A stretch of DNA of 64,000 nt from Rickettsia typhi (GCA_945888065.1 CAMCZU010000003.1:1560-65559); one strand, 5' to 3'; shown: positions 48,660-59,352, numbered from the stretch's first letter. Translations and numbers: made by a program. Notes: a model not told the origin generated them from the letters alone.

Positions 48660-51199
48660 TAACAAAAAGCTATTCATTTAAATCTATAGAAGAAAAATGG
48701 CAAAAGATTTGGCAAGAAAAAAATGTTTTTTTGACTCAAAATATTAATGTTAATTCTCCTAAATATTATATTTTAGAAATGTTTCCATATCCATCAGGAA
48801 AAATACATATGGGGCATGTAAGAAATTATACATTAGGGGATGTAATAGCTAGATATAAAAAATCTAAAGGTTTTAATGTATTACACCCTATGGGTTGGGA
48901 TGCTTTTGGATTACCAGCAGAGAATGCAGCAAAAGAGCATAACATTCACCCTATGCAGTGGACATATGAAAACATTAAAGAAATGAAAAAACATTTTTTT
49001 AAATTAGGTTTTTCTATTGATTGGTCTAGAGAACTTGTTACTTGTAGCCCACAATATTATAAATATGAACAAAAGATTTTTATTGAGCTTTTTAAACATA
49101 ATTTAGCTTATAGAAAAGAATCTTGGGTTAATTGGGATCCCGTAGAAAATAGTGTATTAGCAAATGAGCAAGTTATAGATGGTAAAGGATGGCGCTCAGG
49201 TGCAGTAGTTGAACAAAAAAAATTACATCAATGGTTTTTAAAAATTACAGATTTTGCTGAAGATTTGTTGCAAGATTTAAAAACATTAGATAATTGGCCA
49301 GATAAAGTGAAAAATATGCAACATAATTGGATTGGAAAATCTGAAGGTATGTTGATTAAGTTTAAAGTTGATAACTCTGATGCAATTTTAGAGATTTATT
49401 CCACAAAAGCATACACTATATATGGCGCTTCTTTTGTTGCTTTATCTGTTTATCATCCTTTAAGCATTGAATTAGCAAAGCAAAGCAAAGAAATTGATTG
49501 TTTTATTAAAGAAATTCATAGTTCTGGAACCATAGAAGAAAACCTATCTAAAGAAGAAAAAAAGGGTATTAATACACAATTATTTGCTATTAATCCTTTA
49601 ACTTTAAAAAAAGTACCAATTTTTATTGCTAATTATGTTTTAGATTATGGTGGAGGTGCTATTTTTGGATGTCCAGCACATGATGAAAGAGATTTTGAAT
49701 TTGCAAAAAAATATAATTTACAAATTATTAATGTGCTTAATAAGAATGAAGAAAGTCCTAGTGATAATTTAGAAGAAGGGGTATTAATAAATTCAGGAAT
49801 TTTAGATAATCTAAGTATTAAAGATTCTATGATAGTTTTAGAAAAATATTTGCAACAACATAATGCTGGGTATAAAAAAGTTAATTATAGATTAAAAGAT
49901 TGGGGTATATCAAGGCAACGTTATTGGGGAGCTCCTATTCCTGTAGTTTATTGTGATAGTTGTGGAATAGTCCCTGAGAAAGAAGATAATTTACCTATAG
50001 AGCTTCCAGTTGATGTAGATTTTTTACAAGAAGGAAATCCATTAAATAATCATCCTACTTGGAAGCATACAAAATGTCCTAAATGTAATGCTAATGCTGT
50101 GCGTGAAACAGATACATTTGATACCTTTTTTGAATCATCTTGGTATTTTTTAAAATATGCAAGTATGTCTGATGATTTTTTTGATAATATATCTAAGCAA
50201 GATATGTCTTATTGGCTTCCTGTTGATCAATACATAGGTGGTGTTGAACATGCTGTAATGCATTTATTGTATTCAAGATTTTTTACCAAAGCTTTAAGTA
50301 AAATAAATTTTATTAATAATTTACAAGAGCCTTTTAAAGGTTTAATGACTCAGGGTATGATATCACATAAAACTTATAAAAATGAGCTTGGTTGGGTTTT
50401 TCCTGAAGATGTGATAGAAAATATGGGTGTATTGGTAGATAAAAAGTTAAATTTACCTATAGTTGTTGGTAAATCTGAAAAAATGAGTAAGTCAAAAAAA
50501 AATATAGTAGATCCTTCTTATATTTGTTCTATATATGGAGCAGATACAGCTAGACTATTTGTGTTATCAGATAGCCCTCCTCAGAAAGATTTAGAATGGA
50601 GCGATGAAGGAATTGAATCTGCTTATAAATTTGTTAATAAATTTTGGAATTTTATCATTGATAATTATAAAATTACAGAGATAAAATTACTTATTAATGA
50701 TTTTAAAGAAACAGAATTATTAATATATAAATACATACAAAATTTTTTATATAATATAGAAAAAAATATTAATCATTTTCATTTTAATAAAGCAATTGCA
50801 TTATGTAGAGAATTATTTAATTATATATCTGAAAATAAGATTGTGTTATTAAAAAATCAAGCCTTGTTTAATTATACATTGGAAATTTTAGTGCAATCTT
50901 TGGGTTTTTTTATTCCTCATATAGCTGAAGAGCTATGGAGTATGTTTAATAAAAAAGAATTATTATATAATAGCCCTTTTCCAGATATTGATTCTAAGTA
51001 TTTAGTAAAAGATATTGTTAATATTGCAGTCCAGATTTCTGGTAAAACACGTGGTTTTATAGAAGTTGAATTAAATATTTCGCAAGAAGATTTAATTAAT
51101 AAAATTAAAAATCATCACAATATTGCTAAATATTTAGAAAATACAGAAATTAAAAAGGTTATTTATGTTCCTCAAAAAATTATTAATTTGGTGTGTTAG
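48656..51199 (+). CDS. leuS: Leucine--tRNA ligase
   Basis: PYPSGKIHMGHVRNYT (HIGH) and KMSKSKKN, with CP1 editing and zinc-like CPKC/CDSC motifs. 847 aa. Confidence 0.98.
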   Translation: MITKSYSFKSIEEKWQKIWQEKNVFLTQNINVNSPKYYILEMFPYPSGKIHMGHVRNYTLGDVIARYKKSKGFNVLHPMGWDAFGLPAENAAKEHNIHPMQWTYENIKEMKKHFFKLGFSIDWSRELVTCSPQYYKYEQKIFIELFKHNLAYRKESWVNWDPVENSVLANEQVIDGKGWRSGAVVEQKKLHQWFLKITDFAEDLLQDLKTLDNWPDKVKNMQHNWIGKSEGMLIKFKVDNSDAILEIYSTKAYTIYGASFVALSVYHPLSIELAKQSKEIDCFIKEIHSSGTIEENLSKEEKKGINTQLFAINPLTLKKVPIFIANYVLDYGGGAIFGCPAHDERDFEFAKKYNLQIINVLNKNEESPSDNLEEGVLINSGILDNLSIKDSMIVLEKYLQQHNAGYKKVNYRLKDWGISRQRYWGAPIPVVYCDSCGIVPEKEDNLPIELPVDVDFLQEGNPLNNHPTWKHTKCPKCNANAVRETDTFDTFFESSWYFLKYASMSDDFFDNISKQDMSYWLPVDQYIGGVEHAVMHLLYSRFFTKALSKINFINNLQEPFKGLMTQGMISHKTYKNELGWVFPEDVIENMGVLVDKKLNLPIVVGKSEKMSKSKKNIVDPSYICSIYGADTARLFVLSDSPPQKDLEWSDEGIESAYKFVNKFWNFIIDNYKITEIKLLINDFKETELLIYKYIQNFLYNIEKNINHFHFNKAIALCRELFNYISENKIVLLKNQALFNYTLEILVQSLGFFIPHIAEELWSMFNKKELLYNSPFPDIDSKYLVKDIVNIAVQISGKTRGFIEVELNISQEDLINKIKNHHNIAKYLENTEIKKVIYVPQKIINLVC

Positions 51200-51728
51200 T
51201 TTTTTATGTTTAGTTTCTTGTGTTAGCGTAGATAGACAATTTTTATTAAAAGAATTTTATGTTATAGATATACCGAATATTGAAGGTATGATGTTAAAAA
51301 ATAGCTTGTTGCATTATTTTAATAATCAAAATGTTTTGCAATCTAAATATCTTATTAAAGCTGAAATAACAATTAATAATGTTGTTGATTTAAGAGATAA
51401 ATATGGTATTGAATCTCAGGGGAAGTTAGATTTAACACTTAAATTTAGCATTATTGATGCTAAATCAAATTTAATATTGTTATCTAGATCTAATAGTTTT
51501 TCTGAAACTTATTTAAGTGGAGATACTTTTTATCAAAATAGAGCAAATAAAGATAGAGCACAAATAACATTAATTAAACAAGCTGTTTTATATATTGTTT
51601 ATGAAGTTTATGGATTTTTACAATTAATTGATAAAGAAAAAGAAAAATTAAAAACAATGTGTTTAATAGGTAGCGAAGAAATAGCCAATGAAGATTCAGC
51701 CAAATCAGATTTTAACATTTTTGAATAA
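51165..51728 (+). CDS. lptE: LPS-assembly lipoprotein LptE
   Basis: Lipobox LCLVS-C-VS. 187 aa. Canonical leuS-lptE-holA position. The start overlaps leuS by 35 nt. Confidence 0.82.
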   Translation: MFLKKLLIWCVSFLCLVSCVSVDRQFLLKEFYVIDIPNIEGMMLKNSLLHYFNNQNVLQSKYLIKAEITINNVVDLRDKYGIESQGKLDLTLKFSIIDAKSNLILLSRSNSFSETYLSGDTFYQNRANKDRAQITLIKQAVLYIVYEVYGFLQLIDKEKEKLKTMCLIGSEEIANEDSAKSDFNIFE

Positions 51729-52698
51729 AATTCCTGATAATATAAAAATTATACTTTTTTATGGTCCAGATTCAGGTTTAATTACACACAGATTACAAAT
51801 AGCTATGAAAAGTTTTTTAGGAGATGATTTTGATTTATCCTCTTTGGTTTATCTTTATGAATCTGATTTAAAAGATTATCCTGAAAAGTTGGAAGAAGAA
51901 TTTACAACATTTTCTTTATTTTCTGAAGAAAAAAAAATTATTATTTTAAGAGATATTAAAGATTTTAGTATAAAACTAGTTAATAGTGCTATTGATAGTA
52001 TAAGTGATAAGATTTTAGTATTGATTGAATCTGATGATTTGTCTACTACTTCTTCTTTAAGAAAAACCGCAGAAAATAGTGAGAAATGGGCTTCAGTAGC
52101 TTGTTATCAAGATAATAATTTAGCAATAAAGGATTTAATTAAAAAAAAAATATTAGTTAATAGTTGTAAAATAGACGATGATGCAATGAATTTTTTAATT
52201 GAAAATTTAGGTAATAATCGTTTGATTTCTGAAAGTGAAATAGATAAATTAATATTGTATAAATATTATGATAAGCATATTACCTTACAAGATGTATTAG
52301 AAAATATAGATAACCAATCAGTTGTTGCATTTGATAGATTTATATATGCCTTTTTTGATAAAAATATAGAAGAAGCATATATAAACTTAAAAAAATTATT
52401 AGAAGAAGAGAACGTTATTACAATTGTTAGAGTTTTACTTAATCATACAATAAAATTGCATTATGCTAAATTACAAATTGAAGATGGAATAGAAATTGAT
52501 ATAGTTATAAAAAATATCAAGCCACCTATCTTTTTTTTATATATAGATAAATTTAAAGGACATATTAAGTTTTCTAACATTGAATATCTTAAAAATATTA
52601 TTGATAATTTAATATCTATTGAAATCTTGTGTAAAAATAATGCTACAATAGGTGAGTTAAGCTTTAAAAATTTTGTTCTTTATAACAAATTAATTTAA
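51688..52698 (+). CDS. holA: DNA polymerase III delta subunit
   Basis: 336 aa. N-terminus IILFYGPDSGLI is the delta AAA-like fold start. Position after lptE. It overlaps lptE by 41 nt. Confidence 0.82.
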   Translation: MKIQPNQILTFLNKIPDNIKIILFYGPDSGLITHRLQIAMKSFLGDDFDLSSLVYLYESDLKDYPEKLEEEFTTFSLFSEEKKIIILRDIKDFSIKLVNSAIDSISDKILVLIESDDLSTTSSLRKTAENSEKWASVACYQDNNLAIKDLIKKKILVNSCKIDDDAMNFLIENLGNNRLISESEIDKLILYKYYDKHITLQDVLENIDNQSVVAFDRFIYAFFDKNIEEAYINLKKLLEEENVITIVRVLLNHTIKLHYAKLQIEDGIEIDIVIKNIKPPIFFLYIDKFKGHIKFSNIEYLKNIIDNLISIEILCKNNATIGELSFKNFVLYNKLI

Positions 52699-55665
52699 AT
52701 TTTCTTCTAGCAATTTTTCGTATAACTCATTTCTTTTAGTTTTTGTTTCTTCAGATTCATTTACATATCTTTCTGTTGAGCTTTCATTATTAGATTGTGT
52801 ATAGTTAGAATCTATGCTTTGTTGCAGTTGTTCATTAGAATTTTGCATTTTATTTGTATTTTTAATTTTTAAAGTTATATTTTTTGTAGAAATCTTTGGG
52901 TTAGAGACATTACCAGATATATTAAATTTAATTTGCTTAGATATATTTTGTGTATTATCCATAGAACCAGATATTTGTAAATCTTGATTTAAAATATTGT
53001 AAGACCCCTTAAATCCACCTCTATACTCTGTTTTATTATCAAAAAACAATATAGATGCAGAATCAAATAAAATAACATTGTTGGTTATGTTAACTTTACC
53101 AGCAATATCATTGATTAGATATAAATTTTTATTTTGCTGATTTTTTTTAGAAATTGTTAAATAAGTAATATTATCTATATTATATTGATTAAATTGTAAT
53201 CGCTCTTCTTTTGTAAAATCAATATCTCCGTCTATGCTGGTAAAAAGATTATTAAAATTATCACCATTAAATTTTAATTTGCCATTTAAAATTACATTTC
53301 CTATAAGCTTTTTAGAGGTAAAGTACATTTGTGATAAATTTTCAAGATTGATATATAAATTATTAAAATTTAAAGTTCCTATAATAGAGGGTTTAACATT
53401 TATATTCGCGTACATTGATGCAGTAATTGAGCCAAATTTTTCACTAAAAGCTTCAAAATTTTTTATATTAAATCCTTCTTGATTAAATTCAATTTCTAAA
53501 GTTCCATTATGAAAAATTAAACTTTGATAATTGATAGATTGTGCAATTAAATTAACTTTTAAAATTTGATTTTTTTTGATACCAAAAATATTAATATCTT
53601 GATCTTGTTTATATTGTTGGTTTTTAATGTGTTTATTGTATATGTTGCTTATTTCATTAAAGTCTAGGTTGTTTAAGTTAAGATTAAGAGTGCTTTCATA
53701 ACTATTATCTAAAGGTTTTATCATCAAATAAGCTTTGCTAATGTTTTTTGTGCCAAAATTACCATTAATATCATTAAAATTAATAGCATTTTTAGTATTA
53801 TCTGTTGTTAATTTAGTTAATATATTATATTCATCTTGATTATTAGAAAGTGTGTTTAATAAATCAATGGCAGTTTCATTAAAGTTCATTAATTGTAATA
53901 TAGGCTTTATTTGTCCGCTAGATTTAACCATTAAGGTTGTGCTTTTATCATCTAAATTTGCTTTACCAAAGATATTAACTATATTGTATGAATTATTAAG
54001 AGATAAATTGTTTATATATAATTGATTATCACTTGTTAGTAAAGCATTTAGTTTTATGGTATCAATGTTTATATTGTTAATTTTTGTATTATCAATGTTC
54101 ACATTGATATCATAATAATCAGGTTTAAATAAATTAATATTATTGTTTTTCCAATTTAAAATAGTGCTATTTGTAGATAGAAAAAAATTATTTGATGTAT
54201 TATTAAAAGTATTGTTGTAATAATCTATAAAACTATCTAAATTACCTATGGATGTATTTATATTAATTTTTATATAATTATTGATTCCATAATCCCATAA
54301 AAGAGATCCTTTAAACATATTATTATTAAGATTAAGCTCTATGTTATTTAATGTAAAAATTGATTTACTTATGCTAAAATTAGCTTTAAAGTCAGCATTA
54401 TTTATGTTGCTTCCTATAGGTATAATAAACTTGTTAATTATATTTAATATAGAATCTTTAGAATTAATTTGCCCACTATAAGAGTTGGTTAACTGATTTT
54501 TTATACCTTCAATAATTAATTCGTCTTGAGTATTATTAAAATTAGCATTTAATTTAAAAGCATTATTATTTATAGAAAATAAATAAGATGTGTTTATTCC
54601 ATTGAGTATCAAATCACCATTAACTATAGTTTTTCCATTGTATTGTTTTTTAAGATTGGCATTAATATTTTCTAAAATAAAAATTCTTTGATTATTAGAG
54701 TTTAAAAAATTAATTTTTCCTCTTGAAAAAGATAGTTTGTTTAAATTATTAATATCTAAAGTAATTTTATTTATTAAAGAATCAATAAGCAACTCAAAGC
54801 TACTTTTTTTCTTATTAGATGGAATGTATTCTTTAGAAGGTTGTGATTGTGTTTCTGAGAGATTTTCGTTGTTTTCTTGATTATTATTAATTAAATTTTC
54901 TTGAGTTGTAGCTTGTGTATATTTTAAATTATGTTCTATGGTATTAATAATATTTTGATAATCACTGCTAATGATATTTTTTTCATTAACTATAGAAATT
55001 GGTTTAATATTAAGGCTAAAATTATAAAGTTTAATTTCTTTAATAACTATTTGACCTAAAAAAAGGGGTAGAATTTTAAGTTTTAAAAAAAGACTATCTG
55101 CATTAATTTGAGAAATATAATAATTATCAGTATTATGTGAGTAATCATCTTTATAAAAACCAACATTTTCTACAGAAATTGACAACGTTGGTATAAATTG
55201 AATTTTAATATGACCATTAATCTCTGCTTTATAACCACTTGCTTGGTAAATTGCATCTTCTAATGAGTGCAGATATTCAGAATTGCTAAAAGTTTTAGAT
55301 AATATAACACCTAGAACAAAAAATAAAAGAATTATTATTATAATAATTTTAAAAAATTTAGTTTTGATAAATTTTAGGAATAAAGGTATATAAAGTGCAA
55401 TTTTTTTTGTTAAAAATCCAATAAATAAACCTAATTTATCTAAAAGAAAAATAATTTTTTTAGTAAAAGGGAGAGTTTTTATTAAAATATCTTTAAATGG
55501 CTCAAATAAGTGTGATACAGACAATAAAACATTGTCTATTTTTTCTTCATATTGAGATTTTTCAATATTTTTTTCTTCTTTTAAGGCTTCTTGAGGAGTT
55601 TTAATTATATTGTTGTTTGCATCAATAAGATTAACTTTTTTTTTATTTTTTTTAAATCCAAACAT
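52690..55665 (-). CDS. AsmA-family outer-membrane biogenesis protein (large, Asn-rich)
   Basis: 991 aa. A TM anchor (FFKIIIIIILLFFVLGVILS) is followed by a long repetitive beta-rich body. The N-terminal segment LKLKILPLFLGQIVIKEIKLYNFSLNIKP resembles the AsmA N-domain. Confidence 0.68.
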   Translation of the reverse strand: MFGFKKNKKKVNLIDANNNIIKTPQEALKEEKNIEKSQYEEKIDNVLLSVSHLFEPFKDILIKTLPFTKKIIFLLDKLGLFIGFLTKKIALYIPLFLKFIKTKFFKIIIIIILLFFVLGVILSKTFSNSEYLHSLEDAIYQASGYKAEINGHIKIQFIPTLSISVENVGFYKDDYSHNTDNYYISQINADSLFLKLKILPLFLGQIVIKEIKLYNFSLNIKPISIVNEKNIISSDYQNIINTIEHNLKYTQATTQENLINNNQENNENLSETQSQPSKEYIPSNKKKSSFELLIDSLINKITLDINNLNKLSFSRGKINFLNSNNQRIFILENINANLKKQYNGKTIVNGDLILNGINTSYLFSINNNAFKLNANFNNTQDELIIEGIKNQLTNSYSGQINSKDSILNIINKFIIPIGSNINNADFKANFSISKSIFTLNNIELNLNNNMFKGSLLWDYGINNYIKININTSIGNLDSFIDYYNNTFNNTSNNFFLSTNSTILNWKNNNINLFKPDYYDINVNIDNTKINNINIDTIKLNALLTSDNQLYINNLSLNNSYNIVNIFGKANLDDKSTTLMVKSSGQIKPILQLMNFNETAIDLLNTLSNNQDEYNILTKLTTDNTKNAINFNDINGNFGTKNISKAYLMIKPLDNSYESTLNLNLNNLDFNEISNIYNKHIKNQQYKQDQDINIFGIKKNQILKVNLIAQSINYQSLIFHNGTLEIEFNQEGFNIKNFEAFSEKFGSITASMYANINVKPSIIGTLNFNNLYINLENLSQMYFTSKKLIGNVILNGKLKFNGDNFNNLFTSIDGDIDFTKEERLQFNQYNIDNITYLTISKKNQQNKNLYLINDIAGKVNITNNVILFDSASILFFDNKTEYRGGFKGSYNILNQDLQISGSMDNTQNISKQIKFNISGNVSNPKISTKNITLKIKNTNKMQNSNEQLQQSIDSNYTQSNNESSTERYVNESEETKTKRNELYEKLLEENLN

Positions 55666-55703
55666 TATTAACCCTTATTGTGAATAATAAAAGTTAAAAA
55701 CAA

Positions 55704-55829
55704 TTAACCTTGTCTAGCTTTAAACTTAGGATTAGTTTTGTTGATAACATAAAGTTTTCCTCTTCTTTTTACTATCACACAATTTTTATCTCTTAATTTT
55801 AATGCTTTTAGTGAACTTTTAATTTTCAT
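55704..55829 (-). CDS. rpmJ: 50S ribosomal protein L36 (Cys-poor, YkgO-like type)
   Basis: It is not in the ORF track because it is too short. My translation of the minus strand is [41 protein letters not shown], ending in the L36 hallmark ...NP.FKARQG. Confidence 0.9.
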   Translation of the reverse strand: MKIKSSLKALKLRDKNCVIVKRRGKLYVINKTNPKFKARQG

Positions 55830-55897
55830 TATTATTACCTATTAAATAGTATTTTTTATCAAGATATTATACTTATAAATTATATATTTTTCAATGA

Positions 55898-56350
55898 TTA
55901 TTTTAATATTTTAATTATTTTAGCAATTTCTTTGTGTATTTGGTTTAATAGATTTTCCCAAGGATCTTGAATTTTTAAGCCTTTAGTTGCTAATATCCCT
56001 TTGTTTTGTTCAAGAAAATTTTTTAAAATATCATAAGAATAGGCAAAGTAGGGATAATAAGAATCTCCAAGTGCAAAAATGGTAAATAATTTATTACATA
56101 AAGAATCTTTGTTTATGTTAACACACCAATATTCAAAATCTTCTTGCAAGCAAGCAGGTTCAATTCCCCAAGTAGAACAACATAAAATAACTAAATTAAA
56201 TTTATTATCTATGTTGTAGGGATAGTTTAAATTGCAAACATTATGGATTTTAATGTTATAAGATTTTGATAATTCACAAGCTATATATTTAGCTAATTTT
56301 TCAGTGTTTCCAGTTGTTGATCCATATAATATTAAGATATTTTTTTGCAT
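55898..56350 (-). CDS. Short-chain flavodoxin
   Basis: ILYGSTTGNTEKLA is the FMN phosphate-binding loop. 150 aa. CSTWG and LGDSYYPYF are FMN-ring loops. Confidence 0.88.
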   Translation of the reverse strand: MQKNILILYGSTTGNTEKLAKYIACELSKSYNIKIHNVCNLNYPYNIDNKFNLVILCCSTWGIEPACLQEDFEYWCVNINKDSLCNKLFTIFALGDSYYPYFAYSYDILKNFLEQNKGILATKGLKIQDPWENLLNQIHKEIAKIIKILK

Positions 56351-56405
56351 TTAGCTTATATAGGTGTTAAAGTATTGATTATTTGTAATTAGTATATAAT
56401 AAATT

Positions 56406-57440
56406 ATGTTAAAAAAAATATCTTTAAATTTATTTGATTTTGCTTTACCTAAAGATTTAATTGCTCAAAAACCTCTTTCAGTTAAGCCTGAGGCAAAGAT
56501 GTTGTATGTTGGTGAAAATTTTATTGATTATCAAGTGTTAGATTTAGAGCATTTATTACAAAATGGAGATTTATTAATTTTTAATGACACAAAAGTAATT
56601 CCAGCATATTTAATTGGTAAAAAAGGGGAGTCAAAAATATCTTTAAATTTGCATACTCAACTTGATAAAAATCATTGGTTATGTTTTATAAAAAATTCTA
56701 AAAGACTTAAAATAGATGATGAAGTGATTTTTGGAGAAGATTTTAAAGCTAAAATTATTGAAAAACATCTTAATGGAGATGTAAAAATTTATTTTGATGA
56801 TAATAATTTTATGCAAAAATTATATAAATATGGTAATACTCCGCTACCTCCTTATATTAAAAGGGAAGAGTTTTTGCAAAGTGATAAAATTAATTACCAA
56901 AGTATTTTTGCTAAAAATGAAGGAGCCGTAGCCGCTCCAACTGCAAGCCTTCATTTTGATTCAATCTTAATAGAAAAATTAAAAAACAAAGGTGTTGATT
57001 TTGCATTTATAACTCTACATGTGGGAGCAGGAACATTTTTACCAGTTAAAGTAGATAATATTTTAGAGCATAAAATTCATAAAGAATTAGGAGAGCTAAA
57101 TCAAGACACTATAAATAAAATTAATAAGGCACATCAAAATAATAAAAAAGTAATAGCAGTTGGCACAACGGTTGCTCGTGTATTAGAATATTCTACTTTT
57201 AAATTTAAAGAGTTAACACCTTTTTGTGAAGAAATAGATTTATTTATTTATCCAGGTTTTAATTTTAAAGTAATAGATAAGCTTTTAACAAATTTTCATT
57301 TACCAAAATCTACATTATTTATGCTTGTTAGTGCATTTTGTGGATTAGATAAAATGCAAAATGCTTATAAATATGCTATTGAAAAAAATTATAGATTTTT
57401 TTCTTATGGAGATTGTTGCCTGTTAAATAAACAAGAATAA
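56406..57440 (+). CDS. queA: S-adenosylmethionine:tRNA ribosyltransferase-isomerase
   Basis: PLPPYIKRE, GAVAAPTASLHF, VGTTVARVLE and FRFFSYGD. Confidence 0.96.
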   Translation: MLKKISLNLFDFALPKDLIAQKPLSVKPEAKMLYVGENFIDYQVLDLEHLLQNGDLLIFNDTKVIPAYLIGKKGESKISLNLHTQLDKNHWLCFIKNSKRLKIDDEVIFGEDFKAKIIEKHLNGDVKIYFDDNNFMQKLYKYGNTPLPPYIKREEFLQSDKINYQSIFAKNEGAVAAPTASLHFDSILIEKLKNKGVDFAFITLHVGAGTFLPVKVDNILEHKIHKELGELNQDTINKINKAHQNNKKVIAVGTTVARVLEYSTFKFKELTPFCEEIDLFIYPGFNFKVIDKLLTNFHLPKSTLFMLVSAFCGLDKMQNAYKYAIEKNYRFFSYGDCCLLNKQE

Positions 57441-57462
57441 TTAAAACAAGGTATTAATAATT

Positions 57463-58578
57463 ATGTCATTAAAATTTACTTTAAAACATCAAGATAGCAA
57501 AGCAAGGGTTGGAGAAATTCATACAAAGCATAGAGTTATTCAAACTCCAATTTTTATGCCTGTTGGAACAAAAGCAAGTGTTAAAGGAATGTTGCCTGAA
57601 GTTTTAAAAGATATTGGATTTGATATTATTTTAGGCAATACTTATCATTTAATGTTAACTCCAGGGGCAAATTTAGTAGAGCATTTTGGTGGATTACATA
57701 AATTTGCTAATTGGGATAGAGCAATTTTAACAGATAGTGGTGGTTATCAGGTTATGTCTTTATCTTCATTAAGAAAAATCAAAGAAGAAGGCGTAGAATT
57801 TAGATCGCACATTGATGGTTCAAAGCATAAAATGTCTCCAGAAATTTCTGTGCAAATTCAACATAAATTAGATTCAAATATTACAATGGTATTAGATGAA
57901 TGTATCCCCATAGATAGTGAAAAATCTTATGTAGAAGAATCTACAAAAAGAACAACTCGTTGGGCTAGGAGATCTAAAGATGCATTTATTAACAGAGATG
58001 GTTATGGAATTTTTGGAATTGTGCAAGGTGGCATATATGAAGATTTAAGAAAAATGTCTGCCCTTGATTTAATAGATATAGATTTTGATGGTTATGCAAT
58101 TGGTGGACTTGCAATTGGAGAACCACAAAATGTAATGTTTGATGTTATTAATTTTACAACACCTCATTTACCACAAGATAAACCAAGATATTTAATGGGG
58201 GTAGGTAGACCAAGTGATATTTTAGGAGCTATTGAACTTGGAGTAGATATGTTTGATTGTGTTTTGCCAACTAGAATGGGTAGAAATGCAAGGGCATTTT
58301 CTCATTTTGGAGAAATAAATATAAGAAACTCACATCATAGAGAAGATTTATTGCCACTGGATGCAAAATGCACCTGTTATGTATGTAAAAATTACACAAA
58401 AGGATATTTACATCATTTATTTAAAGTGCAAGAAATGCTAGGTGCAATGTTGTTAACTCATCATAATTTAGCTTTTTATCATCAAATGATATGTAAAGCT
58501 CGAGAAGCAATTTTAAACAATAATTATAGTAATTTTAAAGCTAATTTTTTAGAAGAACTCAAAACTTTAGGTAAGTAG
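57463..58578 (+). CDS. tgt: Queuine tRNA-ribosyltransferase
   Basis: TPIFMPVGT, LTDSGGYQVMS, GLAIGE, LMGVGRP, and zinc site CTCYVC...H. Confidence 0.98.
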   Translation: MSLKFTLKHQDSKARVGEIHTKHRVIQTPIFMPVGTKASVKGMLPEVLKDIGFDIILGNTYHLMLTPGANLVEHFGGLHKFANWDRAILTDSGGYQVMSLSSLRKIKEEGVEFRSHIDGSKHKMSPEISVQIQHKLDSNITMVLDECIPIDSEKSYVEESTKRTTRWARRSKDAFINRDGYGIFGIVQGGIYEDLRKMSALDLIDIDFDGYAIGGLAIGEPQNVMFDVINFTTPHLPQDKPRYLMGVGRPSDILGAIELGVDMFDCVLPTRMGRNARAFSHFGEINIRNSHHREDLLPLDAKCTCYVCKNYTKGYLHHLFKVQEMLGAMLLTHHNLAFYHQMICKAREAILNNNYSNFKANFLEELKTLGK

Positions 58579-58593
58579 ATAGTTAAATTTTTG

Positions 58594-59349
58594 TTAATTC
58601 TTCAACCCCCTTGCTTCTGCTACTAATTCATCAGATTTTGTATTAATTATTTTTTCTAAATGTGGTAAAAATTCTTCCTCGCTCATTCCTGGGTTAATTG
58701 GTGGTAAAAATTCTATAATAATTTTTCCAGAATAAATAAACCAACTACGTTTTGAAATGATTAATCCTGTGTTTAGGGCAACAGGCACAACTTTTTTGTT
58801 GTTTTGAGCATAAATTTTTGCAATCCCATATTTGAATCTTACATATTTACCTACAGGAACACGTGTTCCTTCTGGAAAAATTGCTAAACAATATCCTGCA
58901 TCTAAATATTCTTTTGCTTGTTGGGCAAAGTAATCCATTATATATTTGCCTTTTTGTCTATCTATTATAATTCCACCAAATTGCCTTGAAAGTCTTTTCC
59001 AAGTTGGAACATTATGTAATTCTTTTTTAAAAGCATACACTGTTTTGAGTGCAAATTTATTAAAAAAGAAAGATGTTTCAATAGAAGATTGATGTTTAGA
59101 TGCAAAAATAAAAACTTCATTTTGTGGAATATTTTCTACACCTCTGTATTCTATTTTTACACCTAAAATAAAATACATAATTTTACGAGTAGTATTAAAC
59201 CAATTATACATAAGCCAAATTGTTTTGTCTCTATGAACTAAATAAGAACTTATATATCCTAATAAACTTACCATTATTACAGAAGTTAATAAAATGCTTT
59301 GAGCTAAAATATTTTGGATAATACTTAGAGGAAGTTTTATAAATTTCAT
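58594..59349 (-). CDS. plsC: 1-acyl-sn-glycerol-3-phosphate acyltransferase
   Basis: SKHQSSIET (HX4D/E acyltransferase block I), FPEGTR (block III) and an N-terminal TM. Confidence 0.88.
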   Translation of the reverse strand: MKFIKLPLSIIQNILAQSILLTSVIMVSLLGYISSYLVHRDKTIWLMYNWFNTTRKIMYFILGVKIEYRGVENIPQNEVFIFASKHQSSIETSFFFNKFALKTVYAFKKELHNVPTWKRLSRQFGGIIIDRQKGKYIMDYFAQQAKEYLDAGYCLAIFPEGTRVPVGKYVRFKYGIAKIYAQNNKKVVPVALNTGLIISKRSWFIYSGKIIIEFLPPINPGMSEEEFLPHLEKIINTKSDELVAEARGLKN

Positions 59350-59352
59350 TGT

